The position numbers and the translations under genes are program-made. A stretch of DNA of 45,239 bases from a virus. Its lineage: Duplodnaviria > Caudoviricetes. The notes under the pieces are model-generated. The model was not told the origin of the DNA and did no database searches. It worked only from the letters and a program-made list of their open reading frames with translations. The stretch's first letter is position 1; each line of letters opens with the position of its first letter. Of this stretch, positions 9,095-17,522 are shown in pieces. The DNA lies in IMG/VR virus record IMGVR_UViG_3300032373_000029, positions 1 to 45,239 of that record, one strand, 5' to 3'.

Positions 9095-10200
9095 CAGGAG
9101 CCCTCCTTGCTGTCCTGCCAGCCGCAGTCGCCCATGAGCTCGGTCACGCCGGGAGCGCTCTCCTGCGCGAGCTGCAGGGCCGTGTTGGCGTCCATGACGG
9201 CCTCTGCCACGGCCTCGCCAGGGTCCCTCGCCAGCTCCTGCGCCACCTCCCGGTAGCCGCCCGGCGCGCGCCCCTCTGCCCCCACAGCCGCCGCGAAGAT
9301 CACGCGCTCGGCCTCGATCAGCTCCCGCGGGTGCACCCAAGAGACGCCCTGGTCGTCCCGCTCGATCACGACGTCGCCGCTGGCCTCAAGGCGCCTGATC
9401 GCGTCCATGACGAGCGTGGAGTCCACGCCAAGGAGATCGCCCGCTGCCTGGCGCGCGAGGCGGCCCAGGCGAATCGCCGTGGAGCCTGCCTGCACGAGAT
9501 CGCCGAGCATGTGCCGGGTCCCGGCCTCGATCCGCCCAGGCGCCTCCCGCGAGACCCCCGCATGCCGCGCAAGCTTGTCCACGCGCAGGAAGCCGAGGCC
9601 CTTGACGGTGGTCAGCTTGTAGGGCGCGGTCTCCAGGAGGTGGCGCGCGTCGAGCTTGCCGGCCTTGCAGAAGCCCGCGATCTTGCCCTGCTCCCAGCGG
9701 GAAGCGCCGATCCGCTCGAGGAACTGGATCGTTTCCAGGTCCCCGCCAGCCTCGAGTTCCAGGAAGCTCTCGCGGATCAGCTTCTCGCGGTCGGCGCCGA
9801 TCCCGCTCACGAGCGTCAGGTCCGCCTCGACCTCGCCCTTGAGCACGGCGACGAGGCCCTCCCCGTGCGCCTTCCACAGAGCCTCGGCCAGCTTGGGCCC
9901 CACTCCGTCGAGGCGCTCCAGCCAGCGGCGCAGGCCCTCAGGCGAGGTCACCCCCTGCGAGATCTGGACCTGCACCTGGAAGCGCAGCCCCCAGCGCGCG
10001 CTGTGCTCCCACTCGCCCTCGAGCTGCAGAGTCTCCCCGGGCGCGGCGAGGGCGATCTGGCCGCCGACGACCTGGACGTCTGAGCCGGCCCCCACCCCCG
10101 AGGGCGGGTCAGCCCCGGGGTCCTCGAGGTCGGCCCAGGCGACTCCCCACGAGTCCTTGGTCGCCTTGTGGCTCTTGATCGTGGCCTTGATCGAGCTCAC
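9091..10200 (-). CDS. RecD2-like helicase N-terminal half (OB-like plus helix-hairpin-helix domains; 369 aa)
   Basis: LEGEWEHSARWGLRF, LDGVGPKLAE, VSGIG and PYKLTTVKGLGFLRVDKLA...RIEAG match the RecD2 N-terminus; no Walker A. Confidence 0.8.
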   Translation of the reverse strand: MSSIKATIKSHKATKDSWGVAWADLEDPGADPPSGVGAGSDVQVVGGQIALAAPGETLQLEGEWEHSARWGLRFQVQVQISQGVTSPEGLRRWLERLDGVGPKLAEALWKAHGEGLVAVLKGEVEADLTLVSGIGADREKLIRESFLELEAGGDLETIQFLERIGASRWEQGKIAGFCKAGKLDARHLLETAPYKLTTVKGLGFLRVDKLARHAGVSREAPGRIEAGTRHMLGDLVQAGSTAIRLGRLARQAAGDLLGVDSTLVMDAIRRLEASGDVVIERDDQGVSWVHPRELIEAERVIFAAAVGAEGRAPGGYREVAQELARDPGEAVAEAVMDANTALQLAQESAPGVTELMGDCGWQDSKEGSW

Positions 10201-11168
10201 TCGGCACCCCCAAGGAGAGAGGCGCGCAGGTCGCGGTAGTCCTGAGGGTCGTCGTTGTGGGGCTCGGGGCGCCCGAACGTCGGCACGAAGAACTCGTCAC
10301 CGTTCCCGTTCCGCTTCTTCGTGCTGCCGAGGGTGAAGCCGAAGGCCCAGATCGGAAGCTTGGAGCGGCGGACCTTGAGCTGAAGCGTGGTCAGGGCCGA
10401 CTTGAAGCCGCGAACCGCGGAGCCGTTGACCTCCAGCCAGGCGGGCCCGCCCTCGTCCAGATCGACCACGAGGCAGCGGTAGAGAATCCCGCAGTCCACC
10501 TGGCGAGACGAGCCAACGCGCCGCCACTCGGCGTGGGGGCAGCCCTTGCACTTGCCGTTGTTCAGGCCGGTGTGGACCTCGTTGCCGTCCCGATCAACGC
10601 AGGGCTCGGGGGTGACCCGGTCCAGCGAGTGACAGAACACGCCCAGCTTGTCCTTGGCGGGAATGTCCAGGCGGTACTTGACCTCCAGCTTCTCGACCTG
10701 GACCTGGCGCAAGGTCTCGTTGAAGCCCTCAAGGGCGAAGCGCCGCTGCGGGCGAATGTCCAGGAAGGCAACCCGCTTGTGGGGCGAGTGCCCACCCGGG
10801 TCCGTGGACATATACCACTCACCATTTGGGATCTCAGAAATGCCGATCCCGTCCGGGTCCTTGGTCTGGTCGTGCTTGAGCTTCAGGCGCGGGACGACGT
10901 AGTCCTCCTGCCCGAGGCCCTCCATGCCCTCGACGACGCCCGCGCGCTGCTGGTCGAGAGCCGTGGTGCCACTCACCTCGGCCTGGGCGGCGGGCAGCAA
11001 GCGCTCGGTGGCCGTTGCGCCGAGGTCGGGGACGCCAGCGGCCGGCCGCCAGTTGGCGAAGGCGGGGTGTCCCAGCTCCTTCAGGCGCTTGGCCGTGGCC
11101 TCGTTGTTCTCGGCTTGGAGCCGCTCCTCGGTCAGGACGTCGAGCTGAGTCTCGGTGAATGCGGTCAT
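10197..11168 (-). CDS. Putative ssDNA-binding/annealing protein (323 aa)
   Basis: DYVVPRLKL...GEWY, CxS, CKGCPHAEW...C and a C-terminal FFVPTF strand; lies between the nuclease and the helicase. Confidence 0.5.
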   Translation of the reverse strand: MTAFTETQLDVLTEERLQAENNEATAKRLKELGHPAFANWRPAAGVPDLGATATERLLPAAQAEVSGTTALDQQRAGVVEGMEGLGQEDYVVPRLKLKHDQTKDPDGIGISEIPNGEWYMSTDPGGHSPHKRVAFLDIRPQRRFALEGFNETLRQVQVEKLEVKYRLDIPAKDKLGVFCHSLDRVTPEPCVDRDGNEVHTGLNNGKCKGCPHAEWRRVGSSRQVDCGILYRCLVVDLDEGGPAWLEVNGSAVRGFKSALTTLQLKVRRSKLPIWAFGFTLGSTKKRNGNGDEFFVPTFGRPEPHNDDPQDYRDLRASLLGGAE

Positions 11169-11172
11169 GGGG

Positions 11173-12255
11173 TTAGCCCTCCTTGGGCTGGGGTTGGGTT
11201 TCGGTGCAGGTAGAGCGGTAGGGGCAGCGAAGACAGCCCCCGGTAGCGGCGCCGGTCGCGGGGAAGAGCCCGGCCTCGGCGGCTTGGAGCGCGGCTTGGA
11301 TCGTGGTGAGCACGACGGGCCAGGCGACGCGGCACTCGTGGAAGAGCGGGCCCTTTGGCTGATTGGCGGCAGCCTTCCAAGCGGGGTTCAGCCGCTCGAT
11401 CCGCTTGGGGATCCCGTTCCCGAAGGCGTCCTTCGGGCGCTTGCGGCTCGTGGCGGCCTCGTCGGGCTCCATGCCGAGGGCGTCGGCGAAGGCTGGGTTG
11501 AGCTGCTTGATCCGCTTCGGAATGAAGTCGCCAGCCGCGTCCTTCGGGCGCTGATTCAGGTCGAGGTCCTGGACGTGCGCGAGGAAGGCGCGCCACTGGA
11601 CGCCTGGGTGCTGCGGCGCGAGGGCCATTTGGTAGATCGCGAGCTGCGTGCTGAGCGTGCGCGCCATGAAGCCCAGCGGCGTGGCGCTGCCCGTCTTCCA
11701 GTCCACGAGGACGTGCTCGCCGCGGCGCAGGCCGACCTCCTCGCGCCCGTCCTTCCCGAAGCAGGGCACGTCCCGGGTGGCGACCCCCCAGGCGTCGATC
11801 GTTCCGGCCCAGTGCCGCCCGCCGGCGTGCAGGTCGAACTCGGCCTCGACCCCTCGCCAGTCGATCGCCAGCACCCGCGGGTCCGCGAGCAGCCGCTGGA
11901 GACGCTCCAGGCGCACGCCCTCGAGCTGCTCCAGCGCGCGCTCCAGGCCCTCAGGGTCGGTGTGCTCGCCCTGCTGGTGGGCGCGCTCAACGGCGCCCTC
12001 GAAGCCCTCAAGCGCCGCGTCGAGGAGGCTGTCCTTGTCGACGTCGAGCCCGCCCTTGAGGCGCTCCAAGCCCCAGGCGATCGCGGCGTGATCCGCCGTC
12101 CCGAGGGGCGCCGCGTAGCCGCTGACCTCGTGGTCGCGCCCGCGCTTCTCGACGTGCTGGAGGGCGAAGGCGCGCGGGCAGCGCAGGAGCTGCCCCACGT
12201 CGCTCTGGTGCCACTCGTGATCCTTGAGCAGGCCTGGGCTGGCGAGCGCGCTCAT
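11173..12255 (-). CDS. PD-(D/E)XK nuclease, Cas4/AddB-like with predicted 4-Cys Fe-S staple (360 aa)
   Basis: LLRCPRAF, GTADH, VE, GTID, VDWKTG, QLAIY and CLRCPYRSTC. Confidence 0.85.
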   Translation of the reverse strand: MSALASPGLLKDHEWHQSDVGQLLRCPRAFALQHVEKRGRDHEVSGYAAPLGTADHAAIAWGLERLKGGLDVDKDSLLDAALEGFEGAVERAHQQGEHTDPEGLERALEQLEGVRLERLQRLLADPRVLAIDWRGVEAEFDLHAGGRHWAGTIDAWGVATRDVPCFGKDGREEVGLRRGEHVLVDWKTGSATPLGFMARTLSTQLAIYQMALAPQHPGVQWRAFLAHVQDLDLNQRPKDAAGDFIPKRIKQLNPAFADALGMEPDEAATSRKRPKDAFGNGIPKRIERLNPAWKAAANQPKGPLFHECRVAWPVVLTTIQAALQAAEAGLFPATGAATGGCLRCPYRSTCTETQPQPKEG

Positions 12256-12539
12256 GCTGCCGGCTCGTCGGCGGTGGCGAAGGGGTCGACGGCGAAGTTG
12301 GCCTCGACGTAGGCCAGGCCTTGGGTCGCGACAGGAGCCGGAGGGCGCCCACCCGGGTTGATCCCGCCCAGGTGAGAGGTGCGGCAGGTGGGGCAGCCCC
12401 AGCGGCCGAGCTCTTTCCCAGGGAGGAGCTGCGGCGTGTTGGGCTTCGTGGGGCCGCTCGGCGGGCAGCGGAAGCAGTAGTAAGGCGGGTGGTCCGCGTG
12501 GCTCGGGATCTTGGGAGCGGGAAGATCGTCGTAGTTCAT
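12252..12539 (-). CDS. Small zinc-ribbon protein (95 aa)
   Basis: CFRC and CPTC motifs; ATGA overlap with the nuclease gene. Confidence 0.6.
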   Translation of the reverse strand: MNYDDLPAPKIPSHADHPPYYCFRCPPSGPTKPNTPQLLPGKELGRWGCPTCRTSHLGGINPGGRPPAPVATQGLAYVEANFAVDPFATADEPAA

Positions 12540-12590
12540 GAGGTAGGTCTTGTGGGGTTGGCAGTGCGGTAGTGGGTTGGTTAGGTATTG

Positions 12591-13073
12591 CTACAAGTCG
12601 TCGTCGCCGAAGAGGCGGTCTTCCAGCTCGCGCCACAGAGCGCGAGCGGCCTCGCTGTCGTCGTCGGCCAGGAACTCGCCGTGGTCCTCGCGGTCGTCCT
12701 CGTCCACGAAGCGTTCGTCTGCTCGCGCCGGCAGGACGCCTTCGCGCCAGGCGAGCGTTTCCCTCGTGAAGCGCATTAGCAGCTTGTTGTGGGCCTCTCC
12801 CTCGGCGTCGGTCGTGCGGTCCTCGAAGGGAGCCGCGTGGTCAACAAGCGCAACCCGCAGGCGGTTCCAGCGGCGCTCTAGGGTCTTCGGATCGACTTGC
12901 TCGCCGTGCGCACCCCGACCCGTGTCTCGCTGGTAGTCCGCGAACGAAAACCAGCGCAGCGAGTAAAGTTGCAGCAACTCCCCGACCGACGACGCGAGGC
13001 AGCGCACGCCCAGGGGCGGGAGCTCGGCGTCGGGGAACAGCAGGAACTGCTCGGGTTCGTCGTCTTCAGGCAC
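12591..13073 (-). CDS. Hypothetical acidic protein (160 aa)
   Basis: GC3-rich ORF on the operon strand. Confidence 0.65.
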   Translation of the reverse strand: MPEDDEPEQFLLFPDAELPPLGVRCLASSVGELLQLYSLRWFSFADYQRDTGRGAHGEQVDPKTLERRWNRLRVALVDHAAPFEDRTTDAEGEAHNKLLMRFTRETLAWREGVLPARADERFVDEDDREDHGEFLADDDSEAARALWRELEDRLFGDDDL

Positions 13074-13125
13074 AGAGGTAGCCCTGGCCCGCAGCAGGGG
13101 CCTTAAGTGGTCGTCGTGAGGTGGG

Positions 13126-13176
13126 AGAAGACCCGGGGCCGGAGGTGCACGAGCACACCCCGACCCCAGGCCGGGC
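13126..13176 (-). terminator. Hairpin, possible terminator or attenuator in the early operon
   Basis: Minus strand GGCCTGGGGTCGGGGTGTGC-TCGT-GCACCTCCGGCCCCGGGTC followed by TTCT; short U-tract. Confidence 0.35.
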
Positions 13177-13233
13177 CAGGGAACACCCCTAGCCGTGGGG
13201 GATCAGCCGAAGCTGGTCAGCGAGTCGGTGTCG

Positions 13234-13554
13234 CTAGAAGGGAGCGGCGGGCGGAGCTGGAGCGGAGTGCCCCTGCGTGTCCTGTGCCTCGGACTTCAGC
13301 CGGGCTATCTCCTCGCGGGCGGAGGCAAGCTCAGCCTTGAGTTCTTGCACCAGTTCGCCAGGGGTCTTCCCCTCTACCCTTTGCACTGAGAGGTAGAGCG
13401 GTCCGACCTCTTCGGGGGCGCCCAGGATCACTGTGTGGACGAAGTTCTCGCCACCCGCGGCAATGAACTCCTCGGCCAGGACGCGAGCCATTGCCACAGT
13501 GGCGACCCGCAGTCCACGCACCACCAGGTCCAGGTCACCTTCCGAGCCGCTCAC
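13234..13554 (-). CDS. Hypothetical protein with C-terminal coiled coil (106 aa)
   Basis: ENF...LSVQRVEGKTPGEL motif followed by heptads; overlap with the upstream gene. Confidence 0.65.
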   Translation of the reverse strand: MSGSEGDLDLVVRGLRVATVAMARVLAEEFIAAGGENFVHTVILGAPEEVGPLYLSVQRVEGKTPGELVQELKAELASAREEIARLKSEAQDTQGHSAPAPPAAPF

Positions 13555-13871
13555 TCCTCACCTCGCACGGCCTTCAGCGCCGCCTCGGTGGCCAGCTCGC
13601 CCAGGTTCCCGTTCATGAGGAGCTGGCAAGCCTTGCGCTGGAGCTCGACCTTGCGCTTGGCGTCGGCCAGCTCGTCGTGCAGCCGGCCGATCTCGGCCTT
13701 GAACTGCTTCGCCTCGGCGTCGCGGTCGCTGAGCTGCCTCTTGAGCTGCTGGGCCTCGCTCGCTAGGGCGGCGTTGTCCTGCTCGAGCTCGGCGATTCGC
13801 CCGGCCTGGACGCGGATCTGCTCGCTAGCGGAGCCCCAGTGCCAAAGCTCACCCTCTCCGTAGCTGCTCAC
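13551..13871 (-). CDS. Coiled-coil protein (106 aa)
   Basis: Start re-called to GTG at 13871 (GTGA overlap); long heptad pattern. Confidence 0.65.
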   Translation of the reverse strand: MSSYGEGELWHWGSASEQIRVQAGRIAELEQDNAALASEAQQLKRQLSDRDAEAKQFKAEIGRLHDELADAKRKVELQRKACQLLMNGNLGELATEAALKAVRGEE

Positions 13872-14053
13872 GCTCCCTCCCGCAGAGCCATGAGCTCTTT
13901 CGCGCGCGCCGGCGAAACTCGCCCCGTGCTCTTGCAGCCGCGGCAGACCCGCCGCTTCCCGTGGCAGAGGGGGCAGGGGCAGGCCTGCGAGGGCTGGGCA
14001 GGGTCGACTCGGCGCGCGGCCCGGGCGCGCTTGTTCGGCTTGCGGCGGCGCAC
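13868..14053 (-). CDS. Small basic zinc-finger protein (61 aa)
   Basis: CPLCHG...CRGCKSTG is a DnaJ-type CxxCxGxG-like pattern. Confidence 0.6.
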   Translation of the reverse strand: MRRRKPNKRARAARRVDPAQPSQACPCPLCHGKRRVCRGCKSTGRVSPARAKELMALREGA

Positions 14054-15045
14054 TAGAACGGCTCCGCGTCAGCCGGCAGGCACTCGCCGTGGTGGGCGAA
14101 GGCAAGCGTGCAGCACTTGTGTGCCTGCGGTCTCTCGCCTTCCGCCGCGCCGGCTGGGGCCTCGGGGGCTTCGGGCTTGGGGGCCTTGATCCAGTCGCGG
14201 ACGCGAGCTGCGCTGTAGGCCTGTCCGATCTCCATGAGCCACGCCGCGATCTGAGTGGCGACTCGCGCCTCGGCCCGCGCCACTATGCCCTTCTCGCGCG
14301 CCATGCAGTCGCCAACGATCTCGCTCTGCTCAGCCCGCGCCTCGTCCCGCTGCCGCTTCAGCTTGGCCCGCTTGGCCTTGCTGCGGCGGAGCTTGGCCTT
14401 GAGGGCGTCGTTGGCGTCGAGGCTGCCCTGGAGGTGAACACCGGCCTGGCTGAGGAGCACCGTCAGCTCGTCTACCCGATTCCGGTTGGCCTCAAGGAGA
14501 CCCTCTAGCACCGCAATGGCGTCTGCCTTGGCGGTCTTCAAGCGCTTGAGCTCGGCTCTGAGAGCCTCAAGGGGTGGCTGGCCAATCGCGTCGTGGAACT
14601 CGTCCTCGGGGACGTAGCAGGAGTCGGCGGGTTCGTAGTCGAACACCACCTGGGTGACCTCGTCCTCAGCGAACTCGATCCGAACGTCCTTGGGCCGCTC
14701 AGGCAGGGTCTCCAAGTGGTGGTCAAACCCCCGGAAGGTGCTCATGCTGACCGTGTGAACCGGGGAACAGGTCCCCGTGTCGAAGGTCACGTGGTCGGCG
14801 CTCACCCCTCGGACCACCCTGACCTTGCCCGTGACGGGTTCCCGCCACCGTTGGCCCCTCTCGATTTTGGGCCCCGGGGCCTCAAGCGCCAGGTGCTCGT
14901 CGGTGAACTCCTGCGCCGTGAAGCTAATGGTCTCGCCCGTGATCTCGTCAGGCTTCAGGCCGATATACCAGTCGTCGTAGCCCAGGGCCGAAAGCCCAGC
15001 GGCCAGGAACTTGTGCAGCTGCGTCTGCTCGTCGGTGAGGCTCAT
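14053..15045 (-). CDS. Hypothetical protein with coiled-coil C-terminal half (330 aa)
   Basis: Long ORF on the operon strand with overlaps at both ends. Confidence 0.7.
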   Translation of the reverse strand: MSLTDEQTQLHKFLAAGLSALGYDDWYIGLKPDEITGETISFTAQEFTDEHLALEAPGPKIERGQRWREPVTGKVRVVRGVSADHVTFDTGTCSPVHTVSMSTFRGFDHHLETLPERPKDVRIEFAEDEVTQVVFDYEPADSCYVPEDEFHDAIGQPPLEALRAELKRLKTAKADAIAVLEGLLEANRNRVDELTVLLSQAGVHLQGSLDANDALKAKLRRSKAKRAKLKRQRDEARAEQSEIVGDCMAREKGIVARAEARVATQIAAWLMEIGQAYSAARVRDWIKAPKPEAPEAPAGAAEGERPQAHKCCTLAFAHHGECLPADAEPF

Positions 15046-15881
15046 GCCGCTCCTCCAGCGGCGCAGGCCAACTCCTGCACGAGGCCCTTCGCCGCCAGGA
15101 ACTCCAGCAGCTCCGTGCGCGAGACCACGGGGAAGAGGTAGACCTGCTCCCGGTTGTCTTCCAGGGAGTGCCCCGGCTTCACCTCACCGATCAGCTCCCG
15201 CAGCGCGTTGGAGGTCTGGGCCTCGCGCTTCTTCTCCGCGGCCCGCGCCGCGAGATCCTTCGCCGCCCGGCTCGCCGCAGCCTTCCGCGCAGCTCGGTCC
15301 TCCCTGTGCAGGTCCTCCAGCAGGTCCAGCCGCCGCAGCAGGGGAGCCGTGATCTGGTCAGCGATCACCTGCGCCGCCTCAAGCAGCTTGCCCTGGAGGT
15401 CTTCCTTCACAGTGAGGTAGGTCTCGATCAGCTCCTCGTGAACGTCGTCAGCGTCGTCCGAGTCGAAGAACTTGGTCGCGACCTTCAGCACGCCCCGCTT
15501 CGTGAGCAGGGTCAGGCGCGTGACCTTCGGGCCGATCTCAAAGGAGTTGTGCTCGCTGCCTGAGGAAGCGAGCATGCCAGAGCCCGCTTGAATAGCGGCC
15601 CGCAGAGCCTTGGTCTCGCCGCCGCTCAGCCGGACGAAGTGCTCGCCCTCACGGAGTTTCGGCGTGCCGTCCTCACGGGTCTGCTTCAGGGCCTTGTTAA
15701 GGCTGTTCTGCACGCGGCGGTGCGAGACGTTGAAGGCGCGGGCCAGCATTCCAGTGGTGGCGACCCGCTCCCCCTTGAACACGAGGGGGGCTTCCTGGAG
15801 CTGGCGAACGTAGGCGAGGCCGGTGCTCTCGTAGACGGCCTTGGCGGCGCGCTTGCCGCGCTTCTTCTTTGAGCGGCTCAC
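15042..15881 (-). CDS. ORF6N-domain (antirepressor-like) DNA-binding protein (279 aa)
   Basis: FKGERVATTGMLARAFNV...EGEHFVRL...LTLLTKRGVLKVATKFFDSDDA follows the ORF6N pattern. Confidence 0.75.
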   Translation of the reverse strand: MSRSKKKRGKRAAKAVYESTGLAYVRQLQEAPLVFKGERVATTGMLARAFNVSHRRVQNSLNKALKQTREDGTPKLREGEHFVRLSGGETKALRAAIQAGSGMLASSGSEHNSFEIGPKVTRLTLLTKRGVLKVATKFFDSDDADDVHEELIETYLTVKEDLQGKLLEAAQVIADQITAPLLRRLDLLEDLHREDRAARKAAASRAAKDLAARAAEKKREAQTSNALRELIGEVKPGHSLEDNREQVYLFPVVSRTELLEFLAAKGLVQELACAAGGAA

Positions 15882-15982
15882 GACTTGGCCCCGTTCTTCA
15901 CGGGCGCGCAGCCGAAGAGGTGGCTGCCGAAGGGGTAGGCCCGCTGGGCCTCAGCGCGCTCGCGCTGCTCCTGGCTGGCCAC
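15878..15982 (-). CDS. 34-aa micro-ORF (not in ORF track)
   Basis: MASQEQRERAEAQRAYPFGSHLFGCAPVKNGAKS overlaps the upstream stop and the downstream start exactly. Confidence 0.45.
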   Translation of the reverse strand: MASQEQRERAEAQRAYPFGSHLFGCAPVKNGAKS

Positions 15983-16272
15983 TAGGAGGCCTTCGCTTCG
16001 CCGGTGGGAGTAGCAAAGGAGGGGAGGTCAGCCGCGAGCCGACGGCCTTCAAGCCAAGCCTCGAAGTGCTCGGCGCTAATGCGCTTGCCCTTCGAGGCCC
16101 CGGTCACGTTGTGGGTGACCTTCAAGCCGAAGTTGGGCTTGCTCATTTTCCGCTGAAGCGTGTCGGGCTTGACCCCCAGGACGGCGGCGACCTGATCCAA
16201 GGTGTAGAGGATCTGCTTGGGCGCCTCAGGCACCTCGGCATTGGTGTTGTGGGTTGATTCAATCTTGGGCAT
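15982..16272 (-). CDS. Excisionase-like winged-HTH (HTH_17/Xis/BldC-type) protein (96 aa)
   Basis: LYTLDQVAAVLGVKPDTLQR...KRISAEHFEAWLEGRR; first gene of the early operon, near the integrase. Confidence 0.75.
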   Translation of the reverse strand: MPKIESTHNTNAEVPEAPKQILYTLDQVAAVLGVKPDTLQRKMSKPNFGLKVTHNVTGASKGKRISAEHFEAWLEGRRLAADLPSFATPTGEAKAS

Positions 16273-16344
16273 GGGCAATTCCCAGCCACCGCGAGTAAGA
16301 TCGCAGCAGCGCTGACAGCCCCCTTGGGGGCCTAGGTGTTGCAG

Positions 16345-16433
16345 ATCCAAGCCGGAAGAGCTTTTCGGTTTTCAGCCGACTTGGATCCAAGGTAGTTGAA
16401 GCAGCTCAGGGGTTACCGCCCCTGGGCTGCTTC
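16345..16433. promoter_or_regulatory. Structured leader of the early operon (two hairpin domains)
   Basis: GAAGCAGCTCAGGGG-TTACCG-CCCCTGGGCTGCTTC at 16398-16433, and GATCCAAG...CTTGGATC enclosing further short stems. Confidence 0.5.
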
Positions 16434-16526
16434 TCATTCAAGCGATTGCGTCACGTGACGCAAGAGCTATTTATCTGCAAGGAAACCCGGAACTCCAGGC
16501 GTAAGTCCGTTGGTTCCGTTCGGGTG

Positions 16527-16560
16527 TCCGGCGAAATCCGGCGAAATCCGGCGAAATCCG
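16527..16560. repeat. Tandem 10-mer (TCCGGCGAAA) x3.4
   Basis: Perfect copies at 16527, 16537 and 16547, plus a partial TCCG. Confidence 0.95.
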
Positions 16561-16706
16561 CTGCGCTAGAAATCTTCGAGCACGGGGCTAAACGCAGCAG
16601 TTTCCGTGAACTTTCTTTCGGCGCTGAAAGTCGCGCTCGGCGTGGCACGTTGCTCGCAAGGGGGCAGCGACTGCCGACGAGCAGGGTTGAGTTTGGTAGA
16701 CAAACT

Positions 16707-16741
16707 TTGAGCGCCGTTGAGCGCCGTTGAGCGCCGTTGAG
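16707..16741. repeat. Tandem 10-mer (TTGAGCGCCG) x3.5
   Basis: Perfect copies at 16707, 16717 and 16727, plus TTGAG. Confidence 0.95.
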
Positions 16742-17284
16742 TGACGGCGAGTCAACGACCTCAAGTAGCAGGGCCGTGATTTCAGGGGAGGGCGCTCGAC
16801 ACGCGTACGTGGAATCGCTAGACTCGGGGCACTCGTCGACCAAGAGAGTGCTACCGAGATCCCAGAGACCTCGCAGAAGCCGTGAAGAGGGTGCAAGCTC
16901 TTCGCGGCTTCTTTGCGTACCGGCAGTTGGGGTGCGGACAGACCGGCACAGGGGGACCACGGGGCGCGCCTGGGGATCTTGCTAGAGGATTCCTGGGCCA
17001 GCTCGGCCCTGGAGTGCGGGAGGCTCGTTGTGCCTCGTGAGGTGGCTGCGCTGCTCGGCGCTCGTGCTCGTCTCTACCGCGTTCGTCGTCGCGCCCATGG
17101 CGGGCTTCTTTCTGCGCGCGGGGTTCTTCTCCGCGGCCAGGAGAATGGCACGGGCGGGCCTCCCTCGCGAGGACGTTTTGCGACCCAAGCCACAACCCCA
17201 TGTGTTCGGGTGAAGTTCGGACGCATTTGGGTCTGTTCGGGTGGGCCTCGGGACGAACGTCACCCGAACGAGAATCGGCCTCGG

Positions 17285-17522
17285 GTCGTGCCGATTTGTG
17301 ACCGGTGTGTGGCCGGGGAAGTCCCGGGACGCCCCCGGAGATCCGTGGAATATAGGCTTGCGGGCAGCAGGCGCAGGCGCAGGCCTTGCCTAAGTGCCTT
17401 TCCTGTAAGGGCTGGCTAGACCAGGGCCTCCATGACCTTCGCCTCGTGCGGGCGAAGACATGGAGGGTTAAGGCCTGTAGCGGGAGGCTCTTATGCACTC
17501 GCCGTGTCGCTTGTGTGTCGGG
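17285..17522. other. Probable attP region
   Basis: Lies at the 3' end of the integrase gene. TGTG-repeat arm-like tracts (about 17288-17314 and 17504-17520) and TAAG-containing tracts flank a central imperfect inverted repeat (CCTCCATG...CATGGAGG). Confidence 0.5.

Noticed and set aside
16527-16741. 10-mer repeats as a CRISPR or mini-array
   Set aside because: The units are contiguous with no spacers and are far too short; there is no cas operon, and the Cas4-like nuclease sits in a recombination module.
16446-17419. Track ORFs between the Xis-like gene and int as a repressor gene
   Set aside because: None has an HTH, coherent codon bias or an SD. A 38-aa minus-strand ORF at 16982-17098 is possible but unsupported.
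17285-17490. tRNA or tmRNA fragment at attP
   Set aside because: No T-loop (GTTCGAATC-like) or acceptor-stem/CCA sequence on either strand; I recognised no tRNA genes anywhere in the window.
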